Shown here in pieces: positions 23,672-34,151 of a stretch of 35,027 bases of DNA. Under the pieces are notes generated by a model. It was not told the DNA's origin, searched no databases, and saw only the letters and a list, made by a program, of their open reading frames with translations. The DNA is from Chitinophaga pinensis (lineage in GTDB: Bacteria; Bacteroidota; Bacteroidia; UKL13-3): the NCBI GenBank assembly GCA_943323675.2, contig CALPIR020000002.1:1-35027 (forward strand), given 5' to 3'. The stretch's first letter is position 1. Each line of letters begins with the position of its first letter. A program made the position numbers and the translations under genes.

Positions 23672-26269
23672 ATGATTAGCATCAACAAAACATATTTATT
23701 GGCTTTTGCGGGTATAGTAGCAATTACTGCATGCAAAGTAAATAAAAACACTTCAGCATCAAACACTCCAACGCAAAAAAGTGCCATTAATACGGTAACC
23801 GTAAGGCCAGTAGTTAAAGGACCCTATCGTGAAACTGCAGAACGACATATTGATTTGGAGCACATGAAGCTTGCGGTGAGGTTTAATTATGAAAAACAAC
23901 ATGTGATTGGAAAGGCTATTTTAACCGTTCGTCCATATTTTTATGATTTAAAAACGGTGGAGTTAGATGCTCGTGGTTTTGAAATAAAACAAGTGGCTTT
24001 GCTAAATGGTATTGACACGCTTACACTAAAATATAACTATAATGGTGATAAGCTATTGGTGTTTTTGGATAAAACCTTTAACCGCAAACAAAGCTTTAAA
24101 TTATACATTGATTATGTTGCCATGCCCAATGAGATAAAAGGGTTGAAGGGTATTGCCATTAAAGATGATAAAGGGCTTTATTTTATAAATCCACTAGGTA
24201 CCGAAAAGGATAAGCCAAGGCAAATTTGGACACAAGGTGAGACACAGTCAAATTCTTGTTGGTTTCCGACTATTGATGCACCTAATGAGAAAATAACACA
24301 AGAGTTGGCCATTACTGTTGATGATAAAGACATTACATTAAGTAATGGGGAGTTGATGCTGAGTAAAAACAACCCTGATGGAACAAGAACTGATTTTTGG
24401 AAACAAAACAAACCGCATGCCCCTTATTTGGTAATGCTTGCTGTTGGCGAGTTCGCTCAGGTTAAAGATTATTGGCGCGATAGTATAGCCGTTGATTATT
24501 ATGTAGAACCTGCTTATAAAAAATATGCTAAAATGGTGTTCGGTAATACACCAGAAATGATGGAAGTTTTTAGTAAAAAATTAGGAGTTGATTATCCATG
24601 GAATAAATACAGCCAAATTGTGGTGCGCGATTTTGTGAGTGGGGCAATGGAGAATACATCTGCTGTTATTCATTACGATGCGCTTCAACACAATTACCGC
24701 GAACATTTGGATAATCCTCACGAAGACATTATTGCGCATGAGTTGTTTCACCATTGGTTTGGAGATTTGGTTACTTGCGAAAGTTGGAGCAATATTCCTT
24801 TAAACGAAAGTTTTGCCACTTATGGCGAATACATATGGCAAGAAAATAAGTACAGTTTAATGGAGGCTGATTGCGAGTTTAACAATAACTTAAGAGCATA
24901 CCTTAATCAAAAAAACAAGCATAAGGTTGAACCTATAAGATACCATTATGGTAGCCGAGATGATATGTTTGATGTGGTGAGTTACCAGAAGGGCAGTTTA
25001 ATCTTACACATGTTGCGCAAGCATATTGGTGATGAAGCTTTTTTTGAATCATTAAAATTATACCTAACAAAAAATGCCTATAAAACGGTGGAGTTAGCTG
25101 ATTTACGAATTGCTTTTGAAGAAGTAACTGGTAAAGATTTAAATTGGTTTTTTAACCAATGGTTTTTAAAATCGGGTCACCCCATACTTGATTACAAGTA
25201 TGAATACAATGATACCAAACAAACCGTAAAATTAACCATTACACAAAAGCAAGACAGTATTTTTGGTGTATATAAATTACCCATTAAAGTAGATCTATAT
25301 ACGAACAATGGTATTAAAAAAGAGAATATAAACTTAGTGGATAAACAACAAACATTTGAGTTTAATACCGACTCTAGAATTAAGTTTGTAAATGTTGATG
25401 CTGATAAGGCTTTATTAGCTCTTATTCAAGACAACAAACTTTCTAGCGAGTACAAAGCTGCAATTATGGAAACGCCATTGTTTATGGATAAACGCTATGC
25501 TGTGAATGCTTGGTTAGATAATATAGGTGATACCATTACAGCAGTTGATGAAGAGATTGTTAACTACCTATTAAGTCACGAATTCTGGGGAGTGCGAGAT
25601 ATGGGCTTGAGTGCAGTAGAAAAGTTACATCCAACAAATCGTATATTGTTTGATGCAAAACTTGCGGAGTTGGCTGTTAATGACGAAAAATCTTCAACTC
25701 GTGCAGAAGCAGTTGCTTTATTGGCTCAAAATAACCCAGCTAAACATTTGACGGTATATCAAAAGTCAATTAATGATTCGGCATACAGTGTTGTGGGTGC
25801 GGGATTACAAGCCATAGCAGATGTTGATTCTGTTTTGGTTAAAGAATACATCCGCAATTATACTGGAGTTAATAATGCTAAATTACAGTTAACCATTGCC
25901 AGTATTTTAGCCGATTATTCAAATACGGATGAAGTAAGTTATTTTGAAAGTTGGGTAGGTAAATTAGGTTTCCTTCGTTTCGCATTTATGAATCAATATG
26001 TTCAGTACTTACAAATGGCAGATAAAGCGGTTCAACAAAAAGCCATTCTAGGTTTAACTAATTTTTATAAATCAACTACCGATAAAGGCATGAAAAACCT
26101 AATGCCAACATGGATTAACTACATGCAAGCACCATGGAAAGACAGGCTAGCTAAGTTAGAGGAGCAGAAACAAAAAGCCAAAAAAGACGAAGTCAGATTA
26201 AAATTGATAGATGAGCAACTGTTGGATGTAAAGATGATGATAGACGCTTATCAAAGCATCTTAAAATAA
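23672..26269 (+). CDS. M1-family zinc aminopeptidase (aminopeptidase N-like), probable lipoprotein
   Basis: GAMEN exopeptidase motif and HELFHHWFGDLVT-x18-E (NESFATYGE) zinc site. The N-terminal signal ends in AITAC (lipobox-like Cys). 865 aa with a helical C-terminal extension. Confidence 0.9.
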   Translation: MISINKTYLLAFAGIVAITACKVNKNTSASNTPTQKSAINTVTVRPVVKGPYRETAERHIDLEHMKLAVRFNYEKQHVIGKAILTVRPYFYDLKTVELDARGFEIKQVALLNGIDTLTLKYNYNGDKLLVFLDKTFNRKQSFKLYIDYVAMPNEIKGLKGIAIKDDKGLYFINPLGTEKDKPRQIWTQGETQSNSCWFPTIDAPNEKITQELAITVDDKDITLSNGELMLSKNNPDGTRTDFWKQNKPHAPYLVMLAVGEFAQVKDYWRDSIAVDYYVEPAYKKYAKMVFGNTPEMMEVFSKKLGVDYPWNKYSQIVVRDFVSGAMENTSAVIHYDALQHNYREHLDNPHEDIIAHELFHHWFGDLVTCESWSNIPLNESFATYGEYIWQENKYSLMEADCEFNNNLRAYLNQKNKHKVEPIRYHYGSRDDMFDVVSYQKGSLILHMLRKHIGDEAFFESLKLYLTKNAYKTVELADLRIAFEEVTGKDLNWFFNQWFLKSGHPILDYKYEYNDTKQTVKLTITQKQDSIFGVYKLPIKVDLYTNNGIKKENINLVDKQQTFEFNTDSRIKFVNVDADKALLALIQDNKLSSEYKAAIMETPLFMDKRYAVNAWLDNIGDTITAVDEEIVNYLLSHEFWGVRDMGLSAVEKLHPTNRILFDAKLAELAVNDEKSSTRAEAVALLAQNNPAKHLTVYQKSINDSAYSVVGAGLQAIADVDSVLVKEYIRNYTGVNNAKLQLTIASILADYSNTDEVSYFESWVGKLGFLRFAFMNQYVQYLQMADKAVQQKAILGLTNFYKSTTDKGMKNLMPTWINYMQAPWKDRLAKLEEQKQKAKKDEVRLKLIDEQLLDVKMMIDAYQSILK

Positions 26270-26282
26270 AGTATTAATTGGA

Positions 26283-26927
26283 GTGAGCTGGACAGAGAAA
26301 ACGGAATTTTTTGTAAAACAAGAACTCCAAAATGCAGAAGGGGGCCATGATTGGTGGCATATTTATAGGGTTTGGCAAAATGCTAAAACCATTTCGCGAG
26401 CAGAAAATGTTGATATTTTGGTGGTAGAATTAGCAGCCTTACTGCATGATATTGCGGATTCAAAGTTTTATGGTGGTGATGAAAATATAGGCCCTAATAA
26501 AGCACATCAGTTTTTATCAGAAATTGGCGTTCCTCTTGATGTGATTGTGCATGTGGTTAACATCATCAAGCATATGTCTTTTAAACAAACGTTTGGTGAG
26601 GCAGGATTTTCATCACAGGAAATGCGTGTGGTGCAAGATGCCGATAGGTTAGACGCAATTGGCGCAATTGGAATTGCACGAACATTTAATTACGGAGGCT
26701 TTAAAAATAGATTAATTTTTCATCCAGATATTAAACCCCAAAATTATGCTGATGTAGCATCTTATAAAAATACAACAGCACCTACAATAAATCATTTTTA
26801 CGAAAAGTTGTTGTTGTTAAAAGATGCGATGCATACTTCAACTGGTAAGCAATTGGCAGAAAACCGACATGCTTTTATGGAGCAATTTTTAGCTCAGTTT
26901 TATAAAGAGTGGGAGGGAACTAGTTAA
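26283..26927 (+). CDS. HD-domain metal-dependent phosphohydrolase
   Basis: HDWWH...LLHDIADSKF (H...HD) and a downstream DADRLDA motif. Apparent GTG start, since there is no in-frame ATG near the N-terminus. 214 aa. Confidence 0.75.
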   Translation: MSWTEKTEFFVKQELQNAEGGHDWWHIYRVWQNAKTISRAENVDILVVELAALLHDIADSKFYGGDENIGPNKAHQFLSEIGVPLDVIVHVVNIIKHMSFKQTFGEAGFSSQEMRVVQDADRLDAIGAIGIARTFNYGGFKNRLIFHPDIKPQNYADVASYKNTTAPTINHFYEKLLLLKDAMHTSTGKQLAENRHAFMEQFLAQFYKEWEGTS

Positions 26928-28041
26928 CTTTTTTAAGAGCGTAGTTATCTAATTTAAGTAAATTTAAGTACCCTGTTTGGTAGCTGTTATTTTCTTTATA
27001 TTTTACAAAATTAAAGCGAGTACCCAGTGCAGGTATGTTTTTATCAGCTAATTTATCCATCAACTTTTTGCCATTTTGATTCAAAGCATCAGTAAATAGT
27101 AACATTTGGTCGTAACCTTTTATAGCTGCTTCGGTTGGTTCGGTGCTAAAACGTTCGCGGTACTTCACCACAAATTGTTTTACTTCATCACGGGTATAAT
27201 CTGCATAAAACGGACTAAACACCGATAGGTTAACACGTTGGTATAAGTTATAATCTACATTCTTGAAATCAAACCATTGCATTAATCCATAGGTTGTTAA
27301 TTTATAAATGGTTGATGTATCGCCCGTGTTGCGAAGGGTGCCATTAACTGCACCTTCTTGTGTTGCTGCAACCACTATGTGATTTGCATTTAAATTTGAC
27401 GTGTATAATTTTAAGTCAAGTGCTGGGTTATATTCCAATACCCTTAATCGCAATTTTTTATTAGCTGCTATGGTTTTAAATGCTTGTCCTAGGCTTTTAC
27501 CAACTATAGATTTGTCATATACAACAATAATATTTGCAGCGGTGTCTACGCTTAATATTTGTTTTAAAATAATACCTGCGTATACTGGTAAATCAGGGTT
27601 TGCTGATATCCAATAAGGATCATCCAATTTAATTTTACTAAACGTCATTAAAGGCGAAACGTGGTATACTTCATTTTTTTTGCAAAACTGAGACAAGACT
27701 TGATTTCCACCTTGGCGGACTGGACCTAAAATAAGTTCACTTTCTTTAAATGCAATTGTTTGCATAATGCGTAACATGGTTAGGCTATCATTCTCTGTAT
27801 CGAATACATTCAATCTTAACTTAACACCTGCACGCTCAAGCGAGTCTAATGCGATAAGCGCTCCTTGGTAATATTCTCTGCAAATATTGCCCAATTCTGC
27901 ATCCTTGTAAGTAGAGTTTGTAAGGATTTGTTTACTGCAGAATGGTAACAGTAAGCTAATATTATTGGCTTTTTTATTTTGTGCCGATAACTGAAATGCA
28001 GCAAACGTAAATATGATCGCAACAACAAAGTGTTTCATCAA
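26920..28041 (-). CDS. Secreted type-1 periplasmic-binding-protein-fold (Leu/Ile/Val-binding-like) protein
   Basis: Signal peptide MMKHFVVAIIFTFAAFQLSAQ. The ISLLLPF...YYQGALIALDSL...LNVFDTENDS pattern resembles PBP1 solute-binding domains of Bacteroidota. No ABC permease or ATPase is adjacent. Confidence 0.5.
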   Translation of the reverse strand: MMKHFVVAIIFTFAAFQLSAQNKKANNISLLLPFCSKQILTNSTYKDAELGNICREYYQGALIALDSLERAGVKLRLNVFDTENDSLTMLRIMQTIAFKESELILGPVRQGGNQVLSQFCKKNEVYHVSPLMTFSKIKLDDPYWISANPDLPVYAGIILKQILSVDTAANIIVVYDKSIVGKSLGQAFKTIAANKKLRLRVLEYNPALDLKLYTSNLNANHIVVAATQEGAVNGTLRNTGDTSTIYKLTTYGLMQWFDFKNVDYNLYQRVNLSVFSPFYADYTRDEVKQFVVKYRERFSTEPTEAAIKGYDQMLLFTDALNQNGKKLMDKLADKNIPALGTRFNFVKYKENNSYQTGYLNLLKLDNYALKKVN

Positions 28042-28090
28042 AATAATTTATAAATGGGTAATTAATAGTGCAATGATAAAGTTAAAGATA

Positions 28091-29332
28091 CTATTCTTTA
28101 ACTGTTAATACCCAGGCCTCAGGGTTTTCGGTAGATTTAATGCTATCCATTAACCTTAAAGCTTCTTCGCGTGAGCCTAATTTGCCGTAACTAACGCGGT
28201 TACAATTAATTTTTTTGTTTAAAAGTAATTGCGCGTCAAATCCTTTAGATTTAAGCAGGTTATAATATTTACGGGCATTGGCTTCGTTACAAAATACACC
28301 ACCAATGATATGGAAAGAAAGGGTGGCACTATTATTTTCTGCAATTACAACTTCGCTTTTAGTGTTCGCAATAACAACATGATTTGTCTCAATTTCTGGT
28401 TGTGAACCTTGAACAACATCAGCTTCAATTAAATTGCCATCTTGGTTAAAGGTATAACCACCAAATTTGGGCGCACTTTTATTACTGTATGCAAATGCTT
28501 CTGCTATGTTTAATGTGGTGCTTGCATAAAGCAAAGAACTGTCAGTTAACTCGGCAACAGGTTGTTCAGGAACTTTAGTAGCAATGGTAACCTCGGGAAT
28601 ATGATTAACTTGAGGTTGTTCTGGATTACTAATAGATGACGGTTGATTTTCACTAGCCATTAATGAATCAAACCAAGAATGTACACCCGTTGTACTAATT
28701 TTAGCACCACCAATTAAGTCGGTATTGGTTAGGAAAATATAGGCATTTAAACCTAACATTACCACCAAAACAGCTGTCAATGCTTTTAGCGCAACATTTT
28801 TTGCACGTTGTTTTTTACCAATAGGTGCGGTATTTTTTCTGTCTTTAAATAATCGTGTTCGTTTGGTCCCTATTGCCAAATCAATTACTGGTGTTGCTTG
28901 TAATGGCAACAAACCAAAGGACGCGTACAAATACGTATTGTGTTTACTTGGTAAGAATACATAATTAGCTTCAGCATTAAGGCGGAAAATACCAAAAGCA
29001 TCAATTTCGATCTGTTTAACAAGTTCTAATTTATTTTTAAACTCAGTTATAACATCATCAATTGCTTTCAATGCATCGTTGTAAGTTAAACCATTATTTT
29101 GAGCTACAGTTTGTGCAAGTAGCCCATCGTTACTTTTTAAGTTTTGGTTAAACATTACCCTGCGGGCAGGCGGGGTTATGATGTGCGATACTTGGTCTAT
29201 TCGTGCATTTTCGGGATTACACACAAAGCCGCCAAAGTTTGGCATAATCACACAATCGTGCTTATGCAACAACTCTTTAACGCTGTTCCAGATGGTTTGT
29301 GATGTAATTTGAGCTGACATATTCAACCGCAA
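28091..29332 (-). CDS. Bitopic protein with N-terminal HU-like (HU-CCDC81-type) domains, one TM helix and a C-terminal SPOR peptidoglycan-binding domain
   Basis: The N-terminal half has VIMPNFGGFV...ITPPARRVMFNQNL and a second related module (GIFRLNAEANYVFLP). The TM segment is ALKALTAVLVVMLGLNAYIFL. A low-complexity linker follows. The last ~80 aa (FHIIGGVFCNEANARKYYNLLKSKGFDAQLL...RVSYGKLGSREEALRLMDSIK) look like a SPOR fold. The start could be M1 (29332) or M5 (29320). Confidence 0.65.
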   Translation of the reverse strand: MRLNMSAQITSQTIWNSVKELLHKHDCVIMPNFGGFVCNPENARIDQVSHIITPPARRVMFNQNLKSNDGLLAQTVAQNNGLTYNDALKAIDDVITEFKNKLELVKQIEIDAFGIFRLNAEANYVFLPSKHNTYLYASFGLLPLQATPVIDLAIGTKRTRLFKDRKNTAPIGKKQRAKNVALKALTAVLVVMLGLNAYIFLTNTDLIGGAKISTTGVHSWFDSLMASENQPSSISNPEQPQVNHIPEVTIATKVPEQPVAELTDSSLLYASTTLNIAEAFAYSNKSAPKFGGYTFNQDGNLIEADVVQGSQPEIETNHVVIANTKSEVVIAENNSATLSFHIIGGVFCNEANARKYYNLLKSKGFDAQLLLNKKINCNRVSYGKLGSREEALRLMDSIKSTENPEAWVLTVKE

Positions 29333-29395
29333 AATATGAAGCCTGCCTCAGTTAAACAAACTCGAAGGCGATTTTTAATATAAATGCGCCTATTA

Positions 29396-31012
29396 TCAGA
29401 AGGTTACACTTAATCCGCCTAAAATATTCAATCCATAAACCTTGTGATCGTACCAACGCTGATATTGGTTGTTGGTTAAATTGTTCATTATTAGGAATAA
29501 GCCAACGTTTTTAGTGTAGCGATAGTCAATACTTATGTTTAAGTCCGTAATGGCGTTTAAATTAAATTCTTTCTTTTCTGTTAGTTCAATTGATTTACGT
29601 TTATTCATTGTATAAACATCAGCGCGAATAATAAACTTACTGCCAATGTTGTATAAAATACTAGTACGTGTGGTAAAAGTTGGTCGGCTAAATGGTTGGG
29701 TAATTTTTAGTGAATAAGCATAATAATTCATCACAAAATTTAAATGAAACTTATCTCCAAACTCATGGTTTAGTTCTGCTTTGATGTTGCTTAAACTAGC
29801 ATTTGTGGTATCAAAAATAGTGGTTTGTCCGCGCGATGTATTATCAAATCCATAAAACAATAAGTTACGCAATTTTGCATGCGAAAACTGCAACATGAAA
29901 CTGGTTTGTCCGCTGATTTCGCCTTTAAAGCCGCCATAAATTTCAAACTTATTCTCCGTATTTAACAATGAAAAATTACTAATAAATGGATTTTCGTTCA
30001 CTAATCCACGATATGTTGTACGATTTAGTTTACCTGTTATACCAGTATATGCAGTAATTGTTTTTGGTGTAACTTGGTAAGCAGCCTCCGCCTTAGGAAA
30101 AAAGAAAAAGTTAGTTCCTTGGCTATCATTTAAAAAAGTTGAATTAAATCCAATTTTGATAAATGCTTTTGGGAATGTTAGTGTGTACTCTGGGTTAATA
30201 TCAACAAATACGCGGTTGTATTCGTACAATTTGGTTTTGGTATTGTTGGTGTTCACACCAATGCCAACTTCAAGCGGGTTACCATTAATACGTTTCGAAA
30301 AGTTTCCGTTAAGTTTAAAATCGTTTTCAATGCTTTCATTATTATCTATAAAGTTGTAAAAATTGGCATCTAAATTAAATTTCAATTTGGCTGTATCTTT
30401 AATAATATTGCTATAGCCAGCATGTACATCTAAAACTGCGTATTGTCTGCGTAAATCATTCTTTTTAATGTCAATGGTTTGTGGTTGATACCCGTAATAA
30501 TGTATTACATTTCTGTTAAACGCCACATCGGTTGTTACGGCACCTTTGCCCATAAAACGTTTGCCCCAAAGTTTAAGTGCATTATTACTAAACGCACGTT
30601 TATCATCAGGATTTGCACTAAAGTGTTTTACATACACTCCCGCTTGAGAAGTTTTATTTCTTACTGTGGTTAAGTATGCTTCAATGATGGGCGAACTGTA
30701 ATTGCCATAGCCTAACCTAAAATAGTTGTTTTTAAGTTTGGGTAATAATGCGGTACCCATTGCAAGTGGCTTGATGGTATAAATAGTTGGATCAGCATTA
30801 AGCTTTACATTAGGTAATGTATAATCTAATTTAGGAGCCTTTACTTCTGGTACTTCAGGATTGGGGTTACTTGGTATTTTTATAATATCCGTGAGTGTTG
30901 GCTTAAAATCTTTTATCACATCAAACTCGTTGTTGCGCAATGTATCTTGGGCAAAGCCAGTATTTACCAAAAGTATTAACGCAAATGCTGATATCGTTTT
31001 TTTTATACTCAT
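29396..31012 (-). CDS. Outer-membrane beta-barrel protein of unknown function (putative porin-like)
   Basis: Signal peptide MSIKKTISAFALILLVNTGFAQ. The 538-aa protein has many alternating-hydrophobicity strands, is rich in Asn/Tyr/Gly/Thr, and ends GGLSVTF (aromatic terminal residue). Confidence 0.5.
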   Translation of the reverse strand: MSIKKTISAFALILLVNTGFAQDTLRNNEFDVIKDFKPTLTDIIKIPSNPNPEVPEVKAPKLDYTLPNVKLNADPTIYTIKPLAMGTALLPKLKNNYFRLGYGNYSSPIIEAYLTTVRNKTSQAGVYVKHFSANPDDKRAFSNNALKLWGKRFMGKGAVTTDVAFNRNVIHYYGYQPQTIDIKKNDLRRQYAVLDVHAGYSNIIKDTAKLKFNLDANFYNFIDNNESIENDFKLNGNFSKRINGNPLEVGIGVNTNNTKTKLYEYNRVFVDINPEYTLTFPKAFIKIGFNSTFLNDSQGTNFFFFPKAEAAYQVTPKTITAYTGITGKLNRTTYRGLVNENPFISNFSLLNTENKFEIYGGFKGEISGQTSFMLQFSHAKLRNLLFYGFDNTSRGQTTIFDTTNASLSNIKAELNHEFGDKFHLNFVMNYYAYSLKITQPFSRPTFTTRTSILYNIGSKFIIRADVYTMNKRKSIELTEKKEFNLNAITDLNISIDYRYTKNVGLFLIMNNLTNNQYQRWYDHKVYGLNILGGLSVTF

Positions 31013-31052
31013 GCTATTTTAAATGATGTATTGATTGTTGATGAGTTAGTGA

Positions 31053-34000
31053 TTATAATTTTTCAATTTCTTTTTCTGTAATTACAGGAGGTTTAGGTTT
31101 TCCTGCTTCTTCCTCTGCAATTATTTGTTTTAACCTGTCAATTGCTGCGGTTTTATTTATACCATCGTCAAGGTTTTCAATTAAACTCTGTAAGGTAGCT
31201 TTAGCTTGAAAATTATCTTTTTGAGCGTGATAAATTTCAGCTAAAAGTAAAAAAGCTTTTTCATACCATTTGTTGTAGCTGGCGTATTTTTCTGATATTT
31301 CAAATACTGTTTTTTTACTGCCGTTATAGTCTTTTTTGGTGAATTGAATATATGCTACATGGTATTTAGCTTCTGCTGCATAAACGTTTTTGGTTTCTTT
31401 TATTAAATAATTCCACCCCACCAATGCGCTGTCGTATTGGTTAGTGCCCATATAAAAACGTGCAATATTTAAATTAGCATCTAATAATCCATCTTTAGTA
31501 CTTAAACCAGAATTGGCATATTTAAATGAATACATAGCTGCAGTATCTATAGAGAAAGCTGTCATGGTTGTTTTCATCATACCAGTAACTGCAACTTGTA
31601 AATTTTCTCTACCACTAGCTATTCGTTCTAATGCACTGTAATATTCAAATGCTTTACGCCATTGTTTCTTGTTGTAGCAGAGTACAGCTGTTTGTCGAGT
31701 TGCTCGTTCTGTATAGTCATTGCGATTTTGGTTGGCTACATATTCATAGCAAATCAACGCATCATCCATATTCTTTAATTTAAAATCACACTCAGCTTTG
31801 TAATAGTTGGCTTTTAAAATAAAGAATCCACCGCCAAAACGATTGATGTATGAGCCAAATAATTTACTGGCTTTTATACAGTCACCATTTTTATATTGAT
31901 TAAAAGCGGCCTCATAACTAATGCTATCTTGGTAAGTAGGAGAAACTACAACACATGATGCTGATTTGATAAAATCAAGGTATTCGTCAGTTTCACCTTT
32001 GTTTATGTATATGTTTTTAACCACAGCAAGTGCTTCTCTTGCCTCATCTGTATTACAATAATCTGTAGCTAAGATTTTAAACGTAGCCAATGCTTCGTTG
32101 TCATCACCATTGTTGTAATAGGCTAAACCTTTATACTGTATGGCTTTTCTGATGTACATACTTCGCGGATAGTTTTTAATGATGTTGTCAAATCCGTTTA
32201 CTGCTGCAGTATAGTTTTCTGTTTGAAGATTTACGTTTGCAATTTCAAATAGCGCATCATCAATATATGGAGATTTTTTATAGTTGTTGATGATGTTTTG
32301 AAGGGCATTGATTTTATCTGTAGGCCTACTTAATAGCCCGTAAATCATAGCTTTTTGGTATAAAGCATAATCACTTCCATTTAATTTTTTTGCAACAATC
32401 ATTTCGTAATGATCTATTGCGCGGTTATATTCTTTGGCTACAAAGTAACAATCTGCTACACGCATTGCTGCGTCAGTATATAATTCAGGGCTATTTTGCG
32501 CATGACTACTTTCTAAAAACTTTTTAAAGTTGGCAACACCCTCTGCGTAGTTTTCTAATTTTATATTACAATATCCTAAATTATAAAATGCTAGCGGATA
32601 GAACCGAGTGAATTTCACTTCATTTTCATATTTTAAAAACGATTTGTAATGTGATTCAGATTCCTTGAACTTACCTTGTTTGTAGTGCATTTCTGCTTGC
32701 CAGAAATAAGACAATGCGTAAAGTTTTTTATCATCATCCATCGTTTGCGATTTGATGAAATATTCGTCTGCAACTTGGTAATTGTTATTTAAATATTGCT
32801 CTTCAGCAAAGTAATATAATACACGTTGGTAAGCCTCTTTGTTGTCTTGGGTAGGTTTTTTTATACTTTCTATAACTGCTATAGCTTGTTTATAGTTACG
32901 TGTACTCATTAGTAAATCGCCTAAAACACCACGAGCTTCGTCAATATATTGGCTTTCGGGGTAATCGTTCACAAACTTCACAAAGTCTTTTAATGCATCT
33001 GCTTGGTTTAACTCGTAACTTATTTTGGCATAATTAAACAGTGCCAATTCGGTAATATGCTGATCAAACTTTAGTTTGTATGCTCTATCGAAAGCTAATC
33101 GAGCAGAAGGTTTTTTATCAGTTTTTATGTAACACTCTGCAAGGTGAAAGTGTGCAAATTGTGAAGTGGTATCTTGTTTATCCGTAATGCGTGTAAACTG
33201 CTCAATAGCTTTATCGTATTTGCCGTTGTTAAAATAGGCGTAACCTAAACGATATATATCCTTACTATTTAATTGTATGGGTGGATTTGCATTGTAAGTC
33301 TCCAGGTAGGGAAGTGCTTTCGCATATTCGTTTAGGTTAAAATAACTTTGTCCAACAATACCCGCTACATCATCAGCAACATCTTTATTGTTTATACTAT
33401 CGGCAAAAGCTACAACTTGTTTATACTGTTTACGAGTAAATAATATTTGAGCGATATATACTTGCGATAATGGACCAAATATTTTACTGCTTTTTATGCG
33501 GTAAAAATGGGTTAATGCTTCATCATAATTACCATCTTTGTATACCACATATCCATAATAATAATTTGCAGGGTCGTAGTATTTGTTTTTTTCGTCTTTT
33601 ATGTTTTTAAACGACAATTTACTTTCGGTAAATTTATCCGTTTTAAAATAACAGTAACCCTTTATAAACCAGTATTCATCAGCTTCTTCATTGGTTAAAC
33701 TCAACGCATCTACTTGTTCTAAATGCTGTACTGCACGTTTGTTGTCTTTTGATCGGTAAAAGTATCTGCCTAATTGAAAGTAAGCTAACTTTGCTTTTGG
33801 ATTCTCTGGGAAGTTCTGATAAACGTAACTAAGTTTTGCTATGGCATCTGCATTAAATAATTCCATGGCGCAAACTCCAGAGTAGTAGTGTGCATTTATC
33901 ACACTTTCTCTATCTGTACTTTGTATTATGTATTGGTCAAATAATTGCTGAGCCGCTGCGTATTTCTCTTTGTAAAAAAGTTCATAAGCTTCTTTGTACG

Positions 34001-34097
34001 TTTTATAACGGTGTTCGTTATTTAACGTTTGTTGTGCTTTGGCAACATGCGAAAAGCCAATAAATATCAAAAGGTATAAAATGCTTTTTAACTTCAT
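31053..34097 (-). CDS. Large secreted tetratricopeptide-repeat (TPR) protein
   Basis: Signal peptide MKLKSILYLLIFIGFSHVAKAQ, with no lipobox Cys. The 1014 aa contain dozens of 34-aa helical repeats with the A..Y/F..G..Y...A...F pattern throughout. Confidence 0.8.
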   Translation of the reverse strand: MKLKSILYLLIFIGFSHVAKAQQTLNNEHRYKTYKEAYELFYKEKYAAAQQLFDQYIIQSTDRESVINAHYYSGVCAMELFNADAIAKLSYVYQNFPENPKAKLAYFQLGRYFYRSKDNKRAVQHLEQVDALSLTNEEADEYWFIKGYCYFKTDKFTESKLSFKNIKDEKNKYYDPANYYYGYVVYKDGNYDEALTHFYRIKSSKIFGPLSQVYIAQILFTRKQYKQVVAFADSINNKDVADDVAGIVGQSYFNLNEYAKALPYLETYNANPPIQLNSKDIYRLGYAYFNNGKYDKAIEQFTRITDKQDTTSQFAHFHLAECYIKTDKKPSARLAFDRAYKLKFDQHITELALFNYAKISYELNQADALKDFVKFVNDYPESQYIDEARGVLGDLLMSTRNYKQAIAVIESIKKPTQDNKEAYQRVLYYFAEEQYLNNNYQVADEYFIKSQTMDDDKKLYALSYFWQAEMHYKQGKFKESESHYKSFLKYENEVKFTRFYPLAFYNLGYCNIKLENYAEGVANFKKFLESSHAQNSPELYTDAAMRVADCYFVAKEYNRAIDHYEMIVAKKLNGSDYALYQKAMIYGLLSRPTDKINALQNIINNYKKSPYIDDALFEIANVNLQTENYTAAVNGFDNIIKNYPRSMYIRKAIQYKGLAYYNNGDDNEALATFKILATDYCNTDEAREALAVVKNIYINKGETDEYLDFIKSASCVVVSPTYQDSISYEAAFNQYKNGDCIKASKLFGSYINRFGGGFFILKANYYKAECDFKLKNMDDALICYEYVANQNRNDYTERATRQTAVLCYNKKQWRKAFEYYSALERIASGRENLQVAVTGMMKTTMTAFSIDTAAMYSFKYANSGLSTKDGLLDANLNIARFYMGTNQYDSALVGWNYLIKETKNVYAAEAKYHVAYIQFTKKDYNGSKKTVFEISEKYASYNKWYEKAFLLLAEIYHAQKDNFQAKATLQSLIENLDDGINKTAAIDRLKQIIAEEEAGKPKPPVITEKEIEKL

Positions 34098-34151
34098 AAC
34101 GTTTAATCTTAAATATGATTAACGCCACCGAATCTAAAAGCTATACCAATT

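Noticed and set aside
26920-26927. 8-nt overlap of the convergent HD-hydrolase and PBP1-like genes, with no terminator between them
   Set aside because: Short convergent overlaps are common in compact genomes. The same holds for the 8-nt gap between waaA and ybaB and the 14-nt gap between the adhesin and ACMSD genes. Nothing suggests regulation by antisense overlap beyond the geometry.
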